Made by a program: the position numbers and the translations under genes. Source: Octopus sinensis (Eukaryota). From it: 64,000 bases of DNA. The DNA is taken from NCBI RefSeq assembly GCF_006345805.1, contig NC_043007.1, positions 72,044,001 to 72,108,000 of the forward strand. The letters are read 5' to 3'. Shown piece after piece: positions 1 through 13,989 of this stretch; positions within the stretch are counted from its first letter, which is position 1, and each line of letters opens with the position of its first letter. The notes under the pieces were generated by a model that had not been told where the DNA came from, made no database searches, and was given only the letters and a program-made list of their open reading frames with translations.

Positions 1-177
1 GGGGGGGTTAAGTCGATTACATCGCCCCCAGAGCTCAACTGGTACTTATTTTATCAACCCTGAAAGGATGAAAGACGAAGTCGACCTCGGCAGAATTTAA
101 ACTCAGAATATAAAGACGGACGAAATATCGCTAAGCATTAAACCGGCACGGTAACGATTCTACCAGGCCGCTGTCTT
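1..177 (-). mobile_element. SINE family A copy (cut by window edge)
   Basis: Reverse complement matches the tRNA-like head (TGGCAGAATCGTTAG...GTTCAAAT) and the central GTCGACTTTGCCTTTCATCCTTTC..GGTCGATAAAATAAGTACC motif of other copies. Confidence 0.85.
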
Positions 178-911
178 AATCTAACGTTATAATTGATGAC
201 AGTGTTTGTATGATTAATATTGTTTGTTAACCTTTATGAACGTAGGTAATAATAAAGGTGATTATCGCAGAGTTTGTTGCAATGTAGGTGAAAGGACTTC
301 GATTCAAACGATGGATTTAGAAAAGGCAATGGAAATAAAGTAGGTCGAATAATAATAAAAAAAAAACTTAAAGAAAAAAATGTGAAGGGAAAAATAACAA
401 GATTAAAAGAAAAGGTGAAATGTTTAAAGTAAGGAAAAATGATGAGGAAAATCAAGTGTAGACTGTCTCCAAGAAGACATTAAATGTGAAGCGAGGGTGG
501 ATGTGGAGTTATAGAGCAAAGGTAGCAGCAACAAACGTGAAATGAAAAGAAAACAGCAACAGAAAGGGGAAAGAGGTCAAGAGAAAGAGAAGCAGAAGAG
601 GAGAATACAGCGATAATATCGGTGGCAAACCTGTTCAAGAAGAGCTGGTCGGTGGGAAAATAATATGGCCTATAGAGTAAATAAAAAAGCGAGTTTATAA
701 AACATAATGTTACAAATGAATTAATAATAGTCACGAATAGTCTTGTAACAGCAGTTACACATCTGAAGTTGGGGAGGATTGTTGAACTTATAAGAAAAAT
801 TATCGCCAGATCTCATTTCCTACAAAACTATTTTGTGATCCAACAAATAATACCCGTTTTCTCTCTCTCACTCATTTACACGCACACACACACACAGACA
901 CACACACACAG

Positions 912-942
<31 letters not shown>

Positions 943-1025
943 TACATACATAATCGTGTACATCCGCATGAGAATAAAACTAGGTTTCTGTATGGTTAAT
1001 ATTTTGATATACATACAAACGTACG

Positions 1026-1064
<39 letters not shown>

Positions 1065-1142
1065 CACACACACACATACATACACACACACACACACAAC
1101 AAAAAACAAAACATGCATACCTTCATATTAGTTTATTTAGAT

Positions 1143-1278
1143 ATTCTTTTTCTACCCTAGGCACAAGACCCGAAAGTTTTGGGGAAGGGACCAGTCGATT
1201 AAGTCGACCCCAATACACAACTGGTACTTAATTTATCGACCCCGAAAGGATGAAAGGCAAAGTCGACCTCGGCGGAAT
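1143..1278 (-). mobile_element. SINE A, 5'-truncated, short-tail variant
   Basis: Central and 3' parts are shared with other copies. Confidence 0.85.
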
Positions 1279-1934
1279 AGTTTAACCTGATATTAACGCG
1301 TGTACATATATTATCTACACATGCATTTATACATGGATACAAACACATGTACTTGTAAATAAATGTATGTCGATATATTCAAATTTAAAACTAGCGAATG
1401 ATTTCGGGTCAGTTAACCCTTTAATCATGATATACATGACTAAATAATAAGATTCTATAATATTTCTTGTCGTAATCTCTATTATGTTGGGCAGAAGCAC
1501 AAGAAAATAGCTGTTCAAATTCGATTAACTGTACTTTGGGCGAGACCTAGTTTCGCAAGACTTCCAGCAGTGGCGTCAACTAGTTGATGCTTCTAACTGA
1601 AGACTGCGCTCAAGAGGAGAGGTTAAATTGACCAGAACAAGATATTGTTTGATGTGATATGGGCTTTAATATCACACTTCTACACTAATTTCAAACGCAG
1701 CGGGTGGATTGGCAGTCAGTTGGAAAGTCATATCATAAAGCAGGCTAATAGAATAGGCATACTGAAAAACCAATTTGAAACTGCAGAATTTCACCCGTAA
1801 CTGACCACTATAAAACTGGATATTAGCTAGGTTGGTGCTATTACACAGACATAATAATACTGACATTTCTTGCTTTCTTTCTTCCCTTCTTTCTTTCTGC
1901 CTTTCCTTCTTTCTTTCTTTCTGTCTTTCTATCT

Positions 1935-2029
1935 GTCTACACACACACACACACACACACTGTATATATATATATATATATCCTTTTTTTCTCATACATA
2001 AATACACCCACCCACGTTGGCATATTTCC

Positions 2030-2084
<55 letters not shown>

Positions 2085-2106
2085 ATGTATATATATATAT
2101 TATATG

Positions 2107-2138
<32 letters not shown>

Positions 2139-2260
2139 CGCGCGTGTGTGTATGCGCGCGTGTGTGTATGCGCGTGTGTGTGTATGTGAGTGTAATGTAT
2201 GTATATGTGTGTGTGTATACATATATATATGTATGTGTGTGTATGTATATATATGTATAA

Positions 2261-2291
<31 letters not shown>

Positions 2292-2380
2292 CAATACATC
2301 TATATATATATATATGTATAACACACACACACCACGCGCACACACACACATACGCACACACACACACACACACACACACC

Positions 2381-2447
<67 letters not shown>

Positions 2448-2470
2448 CATACACACACATATGTGTATGC
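1935..2470. repeat. Compound (CA)n/(TA)n/(TG)n microsatellite block
   Basis: Directly visible dinucleotide arrays. Confidence 0.95.
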
Positions 2471-2677
2471 CTCTGTGTGCGTGCAAATTTCTCGAATGTT
2501 GCCGAGCCACGTCAACAGATCGCTTTCGATTCCCGGTAGAGCCATTTCATTTCTCCAAAGTACGAATCCCCTTGACACACAACTTGAAAGCGATCACTTC
2601 TGCAGTGTCCCAATACCGATTACATTTGATTTTTCCTTTTTTATTATGTTATACATACAGTCAGTCAGACATGCAGA

Positions 2678-2734
<57 letters not shown>

Positions 2735-2997
2735 TGTATGCGTATAAATATTTATGTCAAAGAATGCGAATGCTTTATGTTCCGACCATTAATTGCTAGT
2801 TAAAAATGTATAAAATATAGGAAAAAAACTAGATTTTTTATTTATTTTATAGTACACACACTCTCACGCATATGCGCGCGCGCGCACACACATATATACA
2901 TTCATATACTCGCACATGCACATACACACACACGCATATGTATATGAAAAATCGTTTAATTTTCTACAAAACTCGATTTTATGCACCCATATATATA

Positions 2998-3039
<42 letters not shown>

Positions 3040-3054
3040 TTATATATATATATG

Positions 3055-3124
<70 letters not shown>

Positions 3125-3186
3125 TATGTATATGTATATATACAGACGCACAATAAATGCAAATAACATACGCTCTTAACATGACA

Positions 3187-3416
3187 CAGGCTGGCCAAAA
3201 GTCACCCGACAGTAATCAAAATTCCTTAAATATTATCTGTAATTCTGTATTGACTCCAATGGGAAAATGTATAGCTCAAGAAGGACTTCAGTTTGACCAG
3301 TTTTCCTCATGTTTCATATTTAGATGCTTTTATTAGATTCATTCAGTTGTCCAACATAAAAAATCTTGGAATTAAATGGTTTTGATTTACTGTCAGGTGA
3401 CTTTTGGCCAACCCTG
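3187..3416. mobile_element. Tc1/mariner-type MITE
   Basis: About 35-bp imperfect TIRs CAGG.TGGCCAAAAGTCACC.GACAGTAA.TCAAAA; TA follows the right end; no coding capacity. Confidence 0.8.
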
Positions 3417-3534
3417 TATATACTAATGAAAATGTATGTTTATATATGTAGATTCTCGTGACAAACGATAGTGGGAAACTATTATTTACTGAATATTTTT
3501 AGTTCTTTGATTGCTTGTACAATATATATATATA

Positions 3535-3713
3535 TTTTTTTAGCTAAACATAGAGGAGACAAACAAGGACAGACAAACGGATTAAGTCGATTATATCGAT
3601 CCCAGTGCGTAACTGGTACTTATTTAATCGACCCTGAAAGGATGAAAGGCAAAGTCGACTTCGGCGGAATTTGAACTCAGAACGTAACGACAGACGAAAT
3701 ACCGCTAAGCATT
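3535..3713 (-). mobile_element. SINE A long-tail variant, 5'-truncated
   Basis: Contains the TTTGTCTGTCCTTGTTTGTC tail module; stops at AATGCTTAGC. Confidence 0.9.
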
Positions 3714-4051
3714 GCTAGACGAGTGAACCTACACAGAAGTTCCTGCTACATGAAAGTTGGGAAATAAAGCGGGCACTGACATACTGGAAGTGGTGCATCA
3801 GCCACAACTCTCTCACCGTTGTTGCTAGATATTAGAATGGCTTGAGAGATACAGAAGCTTTTTCGTGAATGAACACTGGGTTACGATGCAAATTAAAACA
3901 ATGGCCGAGTAAATACAACCAGCGACTCCTGAGGCACAGACGTTTAAAACTATACTCTTTGTGGTGAGAACAATCAGTGCCTAAGTGACTATTTCTGGGC
4001 AATGGAGAATAGCAGACAAATATATTCTCGAGAGGATATATATATATATAT

Positions 4052-4264
4052 ACTCTTTACTCTTTTACTTGTTTCAGTCATCTGACCGCGGCCATGCTGG
4101 AGCACCGCCTTTTAATCGAGCAACTCGACCCCGGGACTTATTCTTTTTGTAAGCCCAGTTCTTATTCTATCGGTCTCTTTTGCCGAACCGCTAAGTAACG
4201 GAACATAAACATACCAGCATCGGTTGTCAAGCAATGCTAGGGGACAAACACAGACACACACACG

Positions 4265-4356
<92 letters not shown>

Positions 4357-4527
4357 ATATATAATATATACGACGGGCTTCTTTCAGTTTCCGTCTACCA
4401 AATCCACTCAAAAGGCTTTGGTCGGCCCGAGGCTATAGAAGAAGACACTTGCCCAAGGTGCCACGCAGTGGGACTGAACTCAGAACCATGTGGTTGGTAA
4501 ACAAGCTACTTACCACGCAGCCACCCC
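4052..4527 (-). mobile_element. SINE family B (CORE-like), near full length, with internal (TA)n
   Basis: tRNA-like head, CORE-like ACCTTGGGCAAGTGTCTTC, internal microsatellite at 4265-4370, tail GAAACAAGTAAAAGAGTAAAGAG. Confidence 0.9.
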
Positions 4528-5679
4528 TGATATAAATATATCAATATGATACATATATATCATTATTGTTTGTGTGTGTGTGTGTGTGTATGCACTCGCG
4601 CGTATTTGAGAGAGTGTGTGTAGGAAACGGCATGTGAAAATTTAAGATATGTACATTAAAATAAATATATATTCCATTTTCTTCCAGCAGACATAAATCA
4701 TTTTTAGTGACCACACGCTCATTTAATTTTACATCTACTTGATCCGTAGGCCACTGTCTTAAGTGGTTGATAGCAAAGTTAATTAGTAAAAGTTACTGAT
4801 TTTTATACACGCTGTTATTGCATAAAGTGGAGACAAGGGCATATAATTAACAACTGAAATGTTATTTTCACATACAGTCTTAAACCTCACAGTAAAAGTG
4901 GTTTGGAAAGTTATGAACAAAATGGATGTTTATTAGCAAGTTTCTTGTAAAAATGATAATATTATTATTCGCGGATTTTTTTGCAAAGTACGCAGAATTG
5001 TTGAATATAGTATATAAAAGCATGTGTAAAATCTGCAACCTTAAAGTTTCTAGCACTTATTGAAAACGGTGATAATCTGGTCGATCACGTGATCATGTAC
5101 ATACATTGTACATATATACGTGCAGACATATATTGTATATATAGTCATTCAAACATTTGTGTGTATGTGTGTGTGTATGTGTGTGTGGTTAAAGTAAAAT
5201 TGACGAACGTTGTTCAAAGTATGACTGAATGTCAGTTGAAAGATGTGATAACAGTGGCTTTGCTGTCAGGGTTGAAAGAGAAAGAAGGGAACTGGTATGA
5301 GGATAGGTGGCATAAAGACAAATGAATTGATAACCGGTGAGGGTGGCGGAGAGAGAAAGAAAGAGGGAGAGACAGAGACAAAGTGAAAGAGAGACAGATG
5401 GTGAGAGAAACAGCAGTCAGCAAAATAATATTGGCCAGACTGTACTACATCTGACGACGTGAAACGACGCAGAAACGAATGCGTCCGATAGTCCGGTGAC
5501 GTCATTCATAGCCCAACATGTTGTTCACTTTCACTGTGTATAAGAAGAATTTTTATTCTCGAGACTATTTCTGCAGCACTGCAGCACAAGTCCTTCTGTG
5601 TGTACACGAACATGTTAAATATGATTGTATGCGCCTATATTTTTCAGTGCTGCTTAGTGCGCTTCTAATTAATATGTAT

Positions 5680-5922
5680 GTATGTATGTATGTCGGGCAT
5701 GTAGAAGAGAGTGTAATTCGGCAGGAGGACTTAAACGACATGCAAAGGTACATGAAGCCCAGTTACAACTACAGCCGGCTATTACCAGTAAAGGTTTTAG
5801 TTGCCAATTTTGTACAAGACATTGTAGATCTTTAGCTGGGCTAAAAAGTCAAATTCGATCACAGCACCAGTAACAGTTAAGCTTCGTGCAATGGCCATAC
5901 TCGATAACGAGGGGGCAGCCAT
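5680..5922 (+). mobile_element. 3' end fragment of an RTE-like LINE encoding two C2H2-like zinc fingers
   Basis: ORF 5682-5873 reads CRACRRECNSAGGLKRHAKVH and CQFCTRHCRSLAGLKS; short 3' UTR, then (TATG)n. Terminal zinc fingers are typical of some RTE-clade ORFs. Confidence 0.6.
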
Positions 5923-6599
5923 AATGTATGTATGTATGTATGTATGTATGTATGTATGTATGTATGTATGTATGTATGTATGTATGTATGTATGCACGCG
6001 GTTACATGTATGTATGTTTATGCATATATGTATACACACACATACACATATATATATATACACACATAATAACTTTGCATGTGTGTCTATACACATGCAT
6101 ATACATACATCTATAATAATACACGCACATGCACATCAGTATTATATACATATCTTTAGACACACATTCATATATGCAAACATATCCATACGCATATACA
6201 TGTATACAAGCTGGCACACTACCATAGATTCGTACTCCTGTTTTAACTATTTTATCATACCAAAACGATATTTTGTAATTCGTTCTCCTATATTCGTAGG
6301 TATGGAAAAGTCAATTACATCCAAAACTTATTTAGCATGACGTGCTTTGGTGCGGAGATTCAACACTTAATTAGTGACATTAAGGTCTCGAAACTTATGT
6401 AACTCGGGAAAACAAACTTAACAGAAAACATATGTGAACAAGGTTGGATTTCTTAATGCTTTAGTTTTGCTGTACAATACACAATTCTTCCCGATATAAT
6501 TAAATTTGCTGGCAGTAATACTGAATTAGATTGTCAATGTCACCATACAAGAATTTTGGTCATATTTCTATTAAAATAGCACACTCGCTTGCTCGCTCG

Positions 6600-6820
6600 C
6601 TCTTTCCTTCTTTCTTTCTTCCTTCCTTTCTTTCTTTCCTTCTTCCTTTCATTCATTCTTTCTTTCCTTCTTCCTTCCTTTCTTCCTTCCATCTTTTCTT
6701 TCTTTCTTTCTTTCTTCTTTTCATTCATTCTTTATTTCTTCTTTTCATTCATTCTTTCTTTCTTTCTTTCTTCTTTTCATTCATTCTTTCCTTCTTTCTT
6801 CCTTTCTTTCTTTCTTCATT

Positions 6821-6850
<30 letters not shown>
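6600..6850. repeat. Polypyrimidine (TTTC/TTCC/TTCA)n tract plus (CT)n(CA)n
   Basis: Directly visible. Confidence 0.95.
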
Positions 6851-6852
<2 letters not shown>

Positions 6853-7041
6853 ACGTGCGCTCGCTCGTGCAGATGTATTGAACTTATAGAAATATGTTGT
6901 TTGTTGCTTGTGTGTGAACTCCTCGACTTGATAGAAACAATTGCCCAATTCCCAAAAATCACTTTGTTAAAATGGATGAAAGCCTTAGATAACGTAATCC
7001 TTGAATCCTAGTCACTCTCCAGTTCTCACTCACGAAATATT

Positions 7042-7242
7042 CTTTTCAGCTCAAGGCACAAGGTTCGAAATTTTAGGGAGAGGGCCAGTCGATTAGATCG
7101 ACCCCAGTACGCAACTGGTACCTAATGGAAGGATGAAAGGCAAAGTCAACCTCGGCAGAATTTGAACTCAGAACGTAAAAACAGACGAAATACCGCTAAG
7201 CATTTCGCCCGGCGTGCTAACGTTTCTCCCAGCTCACTGCCT
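7042..7242 (-). mobile_element. SINE A, full length
   Basis: Flanked by the duplicated sequence TCAC.CACGAAATATT (TSD). Confidence 0.9.
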
Positions 7243-8059
7243 TTCACCCACGAAATATTAACGAGTCACAGTCACTGCTGTAAATATTTTGATCATTGGT
7301 CTGCTGATCAGGGTTGGCCTGGGGTTAAATAAACCAAAACAGCAGCGGTAGTAGCAGCAGCAGCAACAACAACAACACACCCAAATACTAATTTGATGTC
7401 ACACTCCATTTTATCAACGCACAACTTTCACCGTTCAAGAAACGCGATATGTCGATAGACGGGATTAATAGATCTTTCGACCTTCCAAACTATATTTTAG
7501 TTGGTTATGTTAAGAATATCATGTTTCTTAACTCTCAGTGAACGAGACTAATTTTCATACCTCTCCGCTACTGCATGGATGTTTTGAAATGTAATGGTTT
7601 TACTGATAAAATTAGATTCGGAAGAGATAATCCATAATCCAACATCAGTAAAACCAACAACAGAAATAAGAATATAATCTGATATAATCCCTAGCGTTTT
7701 CTATATAGAAGTCCTAACCTTAGGAGCAAGTTTTCTTTAAACGCTGAAAAAACATCTCACTTTAAGTATTTATAGATAATTAACCAAAAGCGCATTAAAG
7801 GTTCTTATTCTACTACACCTAGCACTAGACAGATATCTAGCTTGAGTACATCCAAACTGTACGTTTTGACTGCTAACCAGCTTTCTATATAATGTAATTG
7901 TGCTGACTCGAATGAATGAGTACTTATACATGATAAACCACCAAAAGCATTATTTATTGCGCTATAATGAATACAAATACTGTTTCGAAAACACTTTAAA
8001 ATGACATCGAACACTTTCAGAACTCGATATTCCTAGTATTTCCATTCATTTAGGAATCA

Positions 8060-8370
8060 CATTTAACCCAACTTTTATTTGGAATCTAAACAACAGGAAT
8101 ATTAACCTTAATAAGGTGGAAATTAACTGGTGTCACCAAACCGTAGGTTCATCGCAGCAAGTCAGGTTTGTTATGGAACTTAGAAGCATAGAAAATCATA
8201 TTTTCCTATAATTCTTCTCTAGAATTGATTTTGAGTAGTTTGCACCGACGATACACAAGAACATTCAAAGTTTTGAAAGCTTTTGTCAAGTAATTATGTA
8301 TATCAAATATAGTGAGATTGACTTCCTCTCTGTTTATCCTTCCAGTTGCAGACACAACAGATATAGAAGA
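8060..8370 (+). pseudogene. Decayed Penelope-like reverse transcriptase fragment
   Basis: Hand translation gives RRFIAASQVC (~8130-8170) and SEIDFLSVYPS (~8310-8345), resembling PLE RT motifs; frame broken. Confidence 0.4.
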
Positions 8371-8613
8371 CTAACTTTCATACGGTTTATAAAGTTGGAA
8401 AAAAAAAAAAAGTGATGAACTTCTAAACTGTTGAAACATATACATATCTGTTCCATTGCGATTCACAGATATTTTATCTGCCAAAATAACTACATTATAA
8501 AAATAAGATTCGTCTTCAGCGTTAAACAATTTGTAAGTTCTTCATTATTGCTCGCAAAGGCACTCATTGAAACACTGCTACTTACATGTTTAAGGTAGTG
8601 CTGCTGCGACACA

Positions 8614-8732
<119 letters not shown>

Positions 8733-9499
8733 ATGCTTACTCTTGTAAGGTGTCTCTGTATGTTTTCCCTTAGTATTGTTTTAAATATTTAAGCCACTCA
8801 GTGTTCATTCAAGAAAACCCTGTATTGACATAAAAGCATCAGTGATGAGATTTCTACTTAACGACATACAGTTGGTTATCTAGCAAATTGCGTTGAAGGA
8901 AGTGTAAATACAATGAAAATAAATAATTTAAAGGAAAGAGTGCAATCATTGACAAGAAGTGCAATTAACAAAGAGATAAATTTCAAAAATAAAAGAGAAG
9001 TGATAAAATAAACATGGAAATAATATAGGAACTTAAATGGCAAACCATACATGAATAAAACTTAATGAAATATTCCGTAGTCGTGGAAAATATTAGTTGT
9101 GTGATACAAGAGTATGTTGTACAACTGTCGTATGTAGACCATAATCAAAATCAAGACTCCCGATTCAAATGAACATTAGATTAACACAATTAATGGCTCT
9201 GATCTGAGATTAATTTTAATTTACTCTGACTCCCCGTTGCATTCTCTAGGACATAGTCGGAGGACTTAGTTTTTCAATGCAATGCTCGAATGGCGTGCAG
9301 AAGTGAGCTGCACGTACTCATGGTATCTGTAGGCAATTCCATACATAGACTATCAGAGATTAGGCCTTTTCCACAGAAAGGAAATCGAACGCAGGATGTG
9401 AACTATGGTCTTTAGATATGTAGAATATACATCGTGAATCGAGTACGAAAGTCTGTTAGCAAAGCACCAACAAGATAAAGAAGTAACTAAATATATTGG

Positions 9500-9710
9500 T
9501 TTCAAATTTTGGCTAAAGGCCAGAAATTTCGGAGGAGGGGATAAGTCAATTACATCTATCCCGGTGCTCAACCTGTACTTATTTTATGAATTCCGAAATG
9601 ATAAAAGGCAACGTCGACATCGATGGAATTTAAACTCAGAACGTAAAGACGGACGAAATGATGCAAATATTTTGCTCGGCGTGATAACAATTCTGCCAGC
9701 TCGCCACCTT
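9500..9710 (-). mobile_element. SINE A, full length
   Basis: TSD AGAA.TAACTAAATATATTGG on both sides. Confidence 0.85.
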
Positions 9711-9729
9711 AGAAATAACTAAATATATT

Positions 9730-10460
9730 GGCATCACTAATCCATAAAGTAAAGATAGTAGTTGCAACAATAATAACAAGAATATTGTAGAAGCAATCAA
9801 GATTTATAAAGGAAACTATTAGGGCAAACAAAGAAATAAATGAATAATTTAACCAGTCTGGTTCTATGTGGAACTGCTCCGTTCTGTTAAACTAAATTGT
9901 GGCATTAAAAGAAGCTAGCTTAAGTTAGCTGGACTGAGACTATGAATCAGTGTAAGGATTCTAAAACAAGATGCGAACTCTAGAGTGTGCACACATTGAG
10001 GATGGGTTGAAATGGCAGACGATATAGTTATTAGATAGCTTGTAGTTAATAATTTACAGGCTCAACTAAACAATTGCATCCATTAGTGGTAAATTTTTAG
10101 GTAATACGGTTTAACGATAAGAGGAAAATATTATCAGCGTAAACATGAGAAAATTGCAAAGGCTGGTGGAATATGTACGGTGGGAGATGGAAATAAGTGA
10201 ACGAGTCGCCATTTTAATTATACAACTATCTCAGCACAAAATGTGACCGCTGATTGATGTTGTCATTGCTAGTAGAAGGAAGAATATCAAATGATGGAAG
10301 TCATATAATGAAATACTTTATCAATTGGAGGAAAGACTTCCGAAGAAACATAACCAGAAATAGCTTGTCCTTTTTACTTTTTTTTTTTCACAGTTATCTA
10401 CAAATTGAACGGATGAGAATGTGTTTTTGGAGTCAATATTATCAAGATTTATTAAAATAA
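9730..10460 (+). mobile_element. Highly decayed RLE-type (R4/Dong-like) LINE remnant
   Basis: Fragments such as IKIYKG..G and RKHEKIAK (RHD-like motif); A-rich composition like that of neighbouring remnants. Confidence 0.35.
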
Positions 10461-10612
10461 CCCGTTCTCCTATGGTAAAAAAGAACAAGGATAATTAATT
10501 TCTTACATTGCCACTGAGATACACATCTAGTGATATAGTCGATTAGACAGCTTCAGTTCATAACTAGTAGCAATTTCATCGAATCTAATAATAATGATAA
10601 TGATGATAATAA

Positions 10613-10753
10613 TCCTTTCTACTAAAGACACAAGGGAGGGGACTAGTCGATTTCATCGACCCCAGCGGAATATGAACTAAGAACGTAGCAACGGGCGAAA
10701 TACCACTAAGCATTTCATCCAGCGTGCTAACGATTCTGCCAGCTCGCCGCCTT
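10613..10753 (-). mobile_element. SINE A with internal deletion
   Basis: Head and tail present, central motif missing; flanked by (TAA/TGA)n. Confidence 0.8.
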
Positions 10754-10960
<207 letters not shown>

Positions 10961-11808
10961 GGGAAGAGAAAATACCAAAGTCAATAAACAGGGATCGAGG
11001 TAAAACAAGGAAGAGATACTAGCAAACAGTTCTTAGAAGGAATAAGCAGATATAACAGAGTAATGCAAGAAACTCTCCTCAGCTACTCTGCCCACCCACC
11101 CATCAAAGTTAAAGAAAATAATCTACATAAATTGACAAAAGACAAAAAAAACCTACTGTTAGTGAACTGAAAAGAGAGGATCTAACGTGAAATGAATATA
11201 TATATAAAACGACTCAAATAAAAAAAATATCAATAAAAATGAAGATAATCTGGAAGTAAGATGAAGGATAATGCGGTTGGAATAACGGGAGCGATTCTTC
11301 CAGGAGAACAAGGTACTGGAATGAAATATCATTAGATTTTATAGGGATATTAAAAAAGAGTAATGGTAACCACATGGATATAAAAAGAAACTGAAGCATA
11401 GAGGGGAAAGTGTGGAACAAAAACATTAAAGACAATAAAATAATAATAAAAATGAATTAAAAAAAAGGGGGGGGACAAAAATACATGCACTCCCTTTACC
11501 GTTCGAGCCCAATGTAGGGGCGAGAAAGATCTTAACGCATTAAGAACAGCAAGAAATTGACGAGGCTAATATTTTTTGGCTGAAATACCTTACCCAGTAT
11601 CCATGTGTACGTGGTGGAAGCGTTATCTAAGTTGGTTAAACAGATCAGAATCAACACTTAGGTGCTTACAAGTGGGAGAATAACATCATTGATTCCTAAA
11701 AGCTAAAATGCCAGGAACCTCTAAATCTTCAGGTTTATAACTTGCTGTCCAATAATATACAAACCACTTACACTCATTGTCTACAACAAACCGTGCGGCG
11801 ATTATACC

Positions 11809-12039
11809 TATTTCTTTATTACTCACAAGGGGCTAAACATAGAGGGAACAAACAAGGACAGACATAGGTATTAAGTCGATTACATCGACCCAGTGCGTAA
11901 CTGGTACTTAATTTATCGACCCCCGAAAGGATGAAAGGCAAAGTCGACCTCGGCGGAATTTGAACTCACAACGTAACGACAGACGAAATACGGCTACGCA
12001 TTTCGCCCGGCGTGCTAACGTTTCTGCCAGCTCACCGCC
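11809..12039 (-). mobile_element. SINE A long variant, full length, young
   Basis: Perfect 15-bp TSD TGCGGCGATTATACC at 11794-11808 and 12040-12054. Confidence 0.95.
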
Positions 12040-12497
12040 TGCGGCGATTATACCATTCCAATCTTCCACTCACCGGGCGAGATCATTCTAGGGATGTTTC
12101 CAAACGTATGAAGTCCTTTCCTCTCCCCTCTACCACCGGTCACCGTCCTCAGTACATCACCATTACAACTCTACATTTCTAAAACCAACATTTTACTATG
12201 CAGGCCGATAAATCTGTTTCATTGCATACTTTTCCTTTCATTTATCTGTTTTTCAAAATCATTCCTCGTGTTTTCAATGTATCGGAAGACGTATTTTTGA
12301 CCAATATCCACCTCCGCTACTTCACAGTTGGCCATATTGAACCAGTTACAAACAAATCAAGTGGATGTTTGCTAAAAACATATGTATATAATAAATAAAT
12401 AACGAAAAACTTTCTTGGGGTGATGGAGCAGATATCGAAATGTTCGGAATGTCTTAGTTATAAACAGAACAAAACAACAACAACAACAATAATAATA

Positions 12498-12680
12498 TAC
12501 TATAGGAACAAAGCCCCAAATTGGTGGAGGGAACTAGTAAATCACATCGATCCCAGTGTTCCACTGGTACTTAATTTATCAAACCCCAAAAGGATGAAAG
12601 GCAAAGTCGACCTCGGCAGAATTTCAATTCACAACGTAGCGACAGTCAAAATACTGCTCAGCATTTTGCCCGGTGTGCTA
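12498..12680 (-). mobile_element. SINE A copy
   Basis: Similarity to other copies; flanked by (AAC/TAA)n. Confidence 0.8.
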
Positions 12681-12693
12681 TAATAATAATAAA

Positions 12694-12850
12694 GGTAGAA
12701 TACCTACAAAAATCATAATTGCTTGGAACTGCAAGAATTCTCCGCAGGGTTATTGACGCATGACCAGTTAACAAATGTCACCTTAGTCTACTGGCTGTGG
12801 ACAGCTGACACTTTCCATCATACCCAGCAAAATAAGCTGTGAGTATTTCA
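12694..12850 (+). mobile_element. 3' terminus of an R4/Dong-like LINE
   Basis: VEYLQKS*LLGTARILRRVIDA* is the typical C-terminus of RLE LINE ORFs; followed by UTR-like sequence. Confidence 0.7.
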
Positions 12851-13372
12851 GGTTATATATACAACGTATAGAAGGTGGTAGAGGCCTTATACAACTAGAA
12901 AACTATTACAAAATAACCACCATAGGACTACAAAAATATCTACTTCAGAACAAAACACGAACAAAAAAAAACTGTTTTCAGTCCTTAAGGAAGCTGACAA
13001 ATACAAACAAGAAGCCATACTACCTACAAATTATGAAGAAAAAGAAGAAACAACAAAAGCTGTAAAACAAATGAAATCCAAACTAAATCTAGAACAGCAA
13101 CGGATCATGATAAAGCGATGGCAAGAAAAGCCCCTTCATGGCAAATATTGGGTTAAACTAAATGTAAAAGAAATAGACAAAGCAAGATTCTAACAATGGC
13201 TGAGAAGCGAAGGACTCAAAGCAGAGACTGAAGGATTTTTAATTGCAGTACAAGACCAAGGCGTCCCTACTAGAAATTACCAAAAACATATTATGAAAAG
13301 AAACATAACAAGTAACTGTAGAATATGTGGAGATGGAGAAGAAACAATAAATCACATTGTCTCTGGCTCCCC
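12851..13372 (+). pseudogene. R4/Dong-like LINE ORF fragment (post-RT region and CCHC knuckle)
   Basis: LYIQRIEGGRGL...WQEKPLHGKY...WLRSEGLKAETEGFLIAVQDQ...CRICGDGEETINHIVSG, with internal stops. Confidence 0.85.
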
Positions 13373-13989
13373 ACACATTTAAAAACACTATCATTGATCC
13401 AGAAATTCATTCCTACACATTTAATGAATACATTGTCTATTCATCTTTTATATGCTTCAAACGGTGGTTTAATTAAGACTTTAACTCTTATTTATAGCAG
13501 GTTGATGCTTTTCTGCATCCTTACGTTTCTCGCTGATTTGTAATTTATAGCTAAGTAATGCCTTTTGCCTGCGAACCACCTATGTTACTACCGTTGATAC
13601 CATCAATATAAATTTTTCCACATGATATTAATAATAGTGACATATTATTTCAAACTTTAGTGTTTGAAGACTGTTTCGTTTATATATATATAAAGGTTTG
13701 AACAGAAAGAACACAAGGAGAAAAAGTTAGACGAAAAATGTGTGGGAGATGAAAGGTGGGGTGGATATACGTTTTGAAGTGCATTGGAAGCAGTTCAAAG
13801 AAAATGAACTGAAAAATGCTTTTAAAAAAGAATATTTTAGAAGATCGAAGTGTTTTTTTTTTAAAAGAAAATTGAATGAAAAAGAGCAGACAATGAACTA
13901 GTGGGCTGCTTCGATGATGAAGCACATAATTGGGAGTATCAACTGAAGCAAAAGAAGTGATTAGGAGTAATGCACCGTTAATGGACGAA

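Noticed and set aside
230-780. Possible coding exons (ORFs 234-455 and 480-734)
   Set aside because: Low-complexity purine-rich sequence, at best an unrecognisably decayed LINE; no supportable motif
5682-5873. Host C2H2 zinc-finger gene
   Set aside because: The start lies in (TATG)n, there are no TGEKP linkers, the second finger is broken, and the context fits a LINE 3' end
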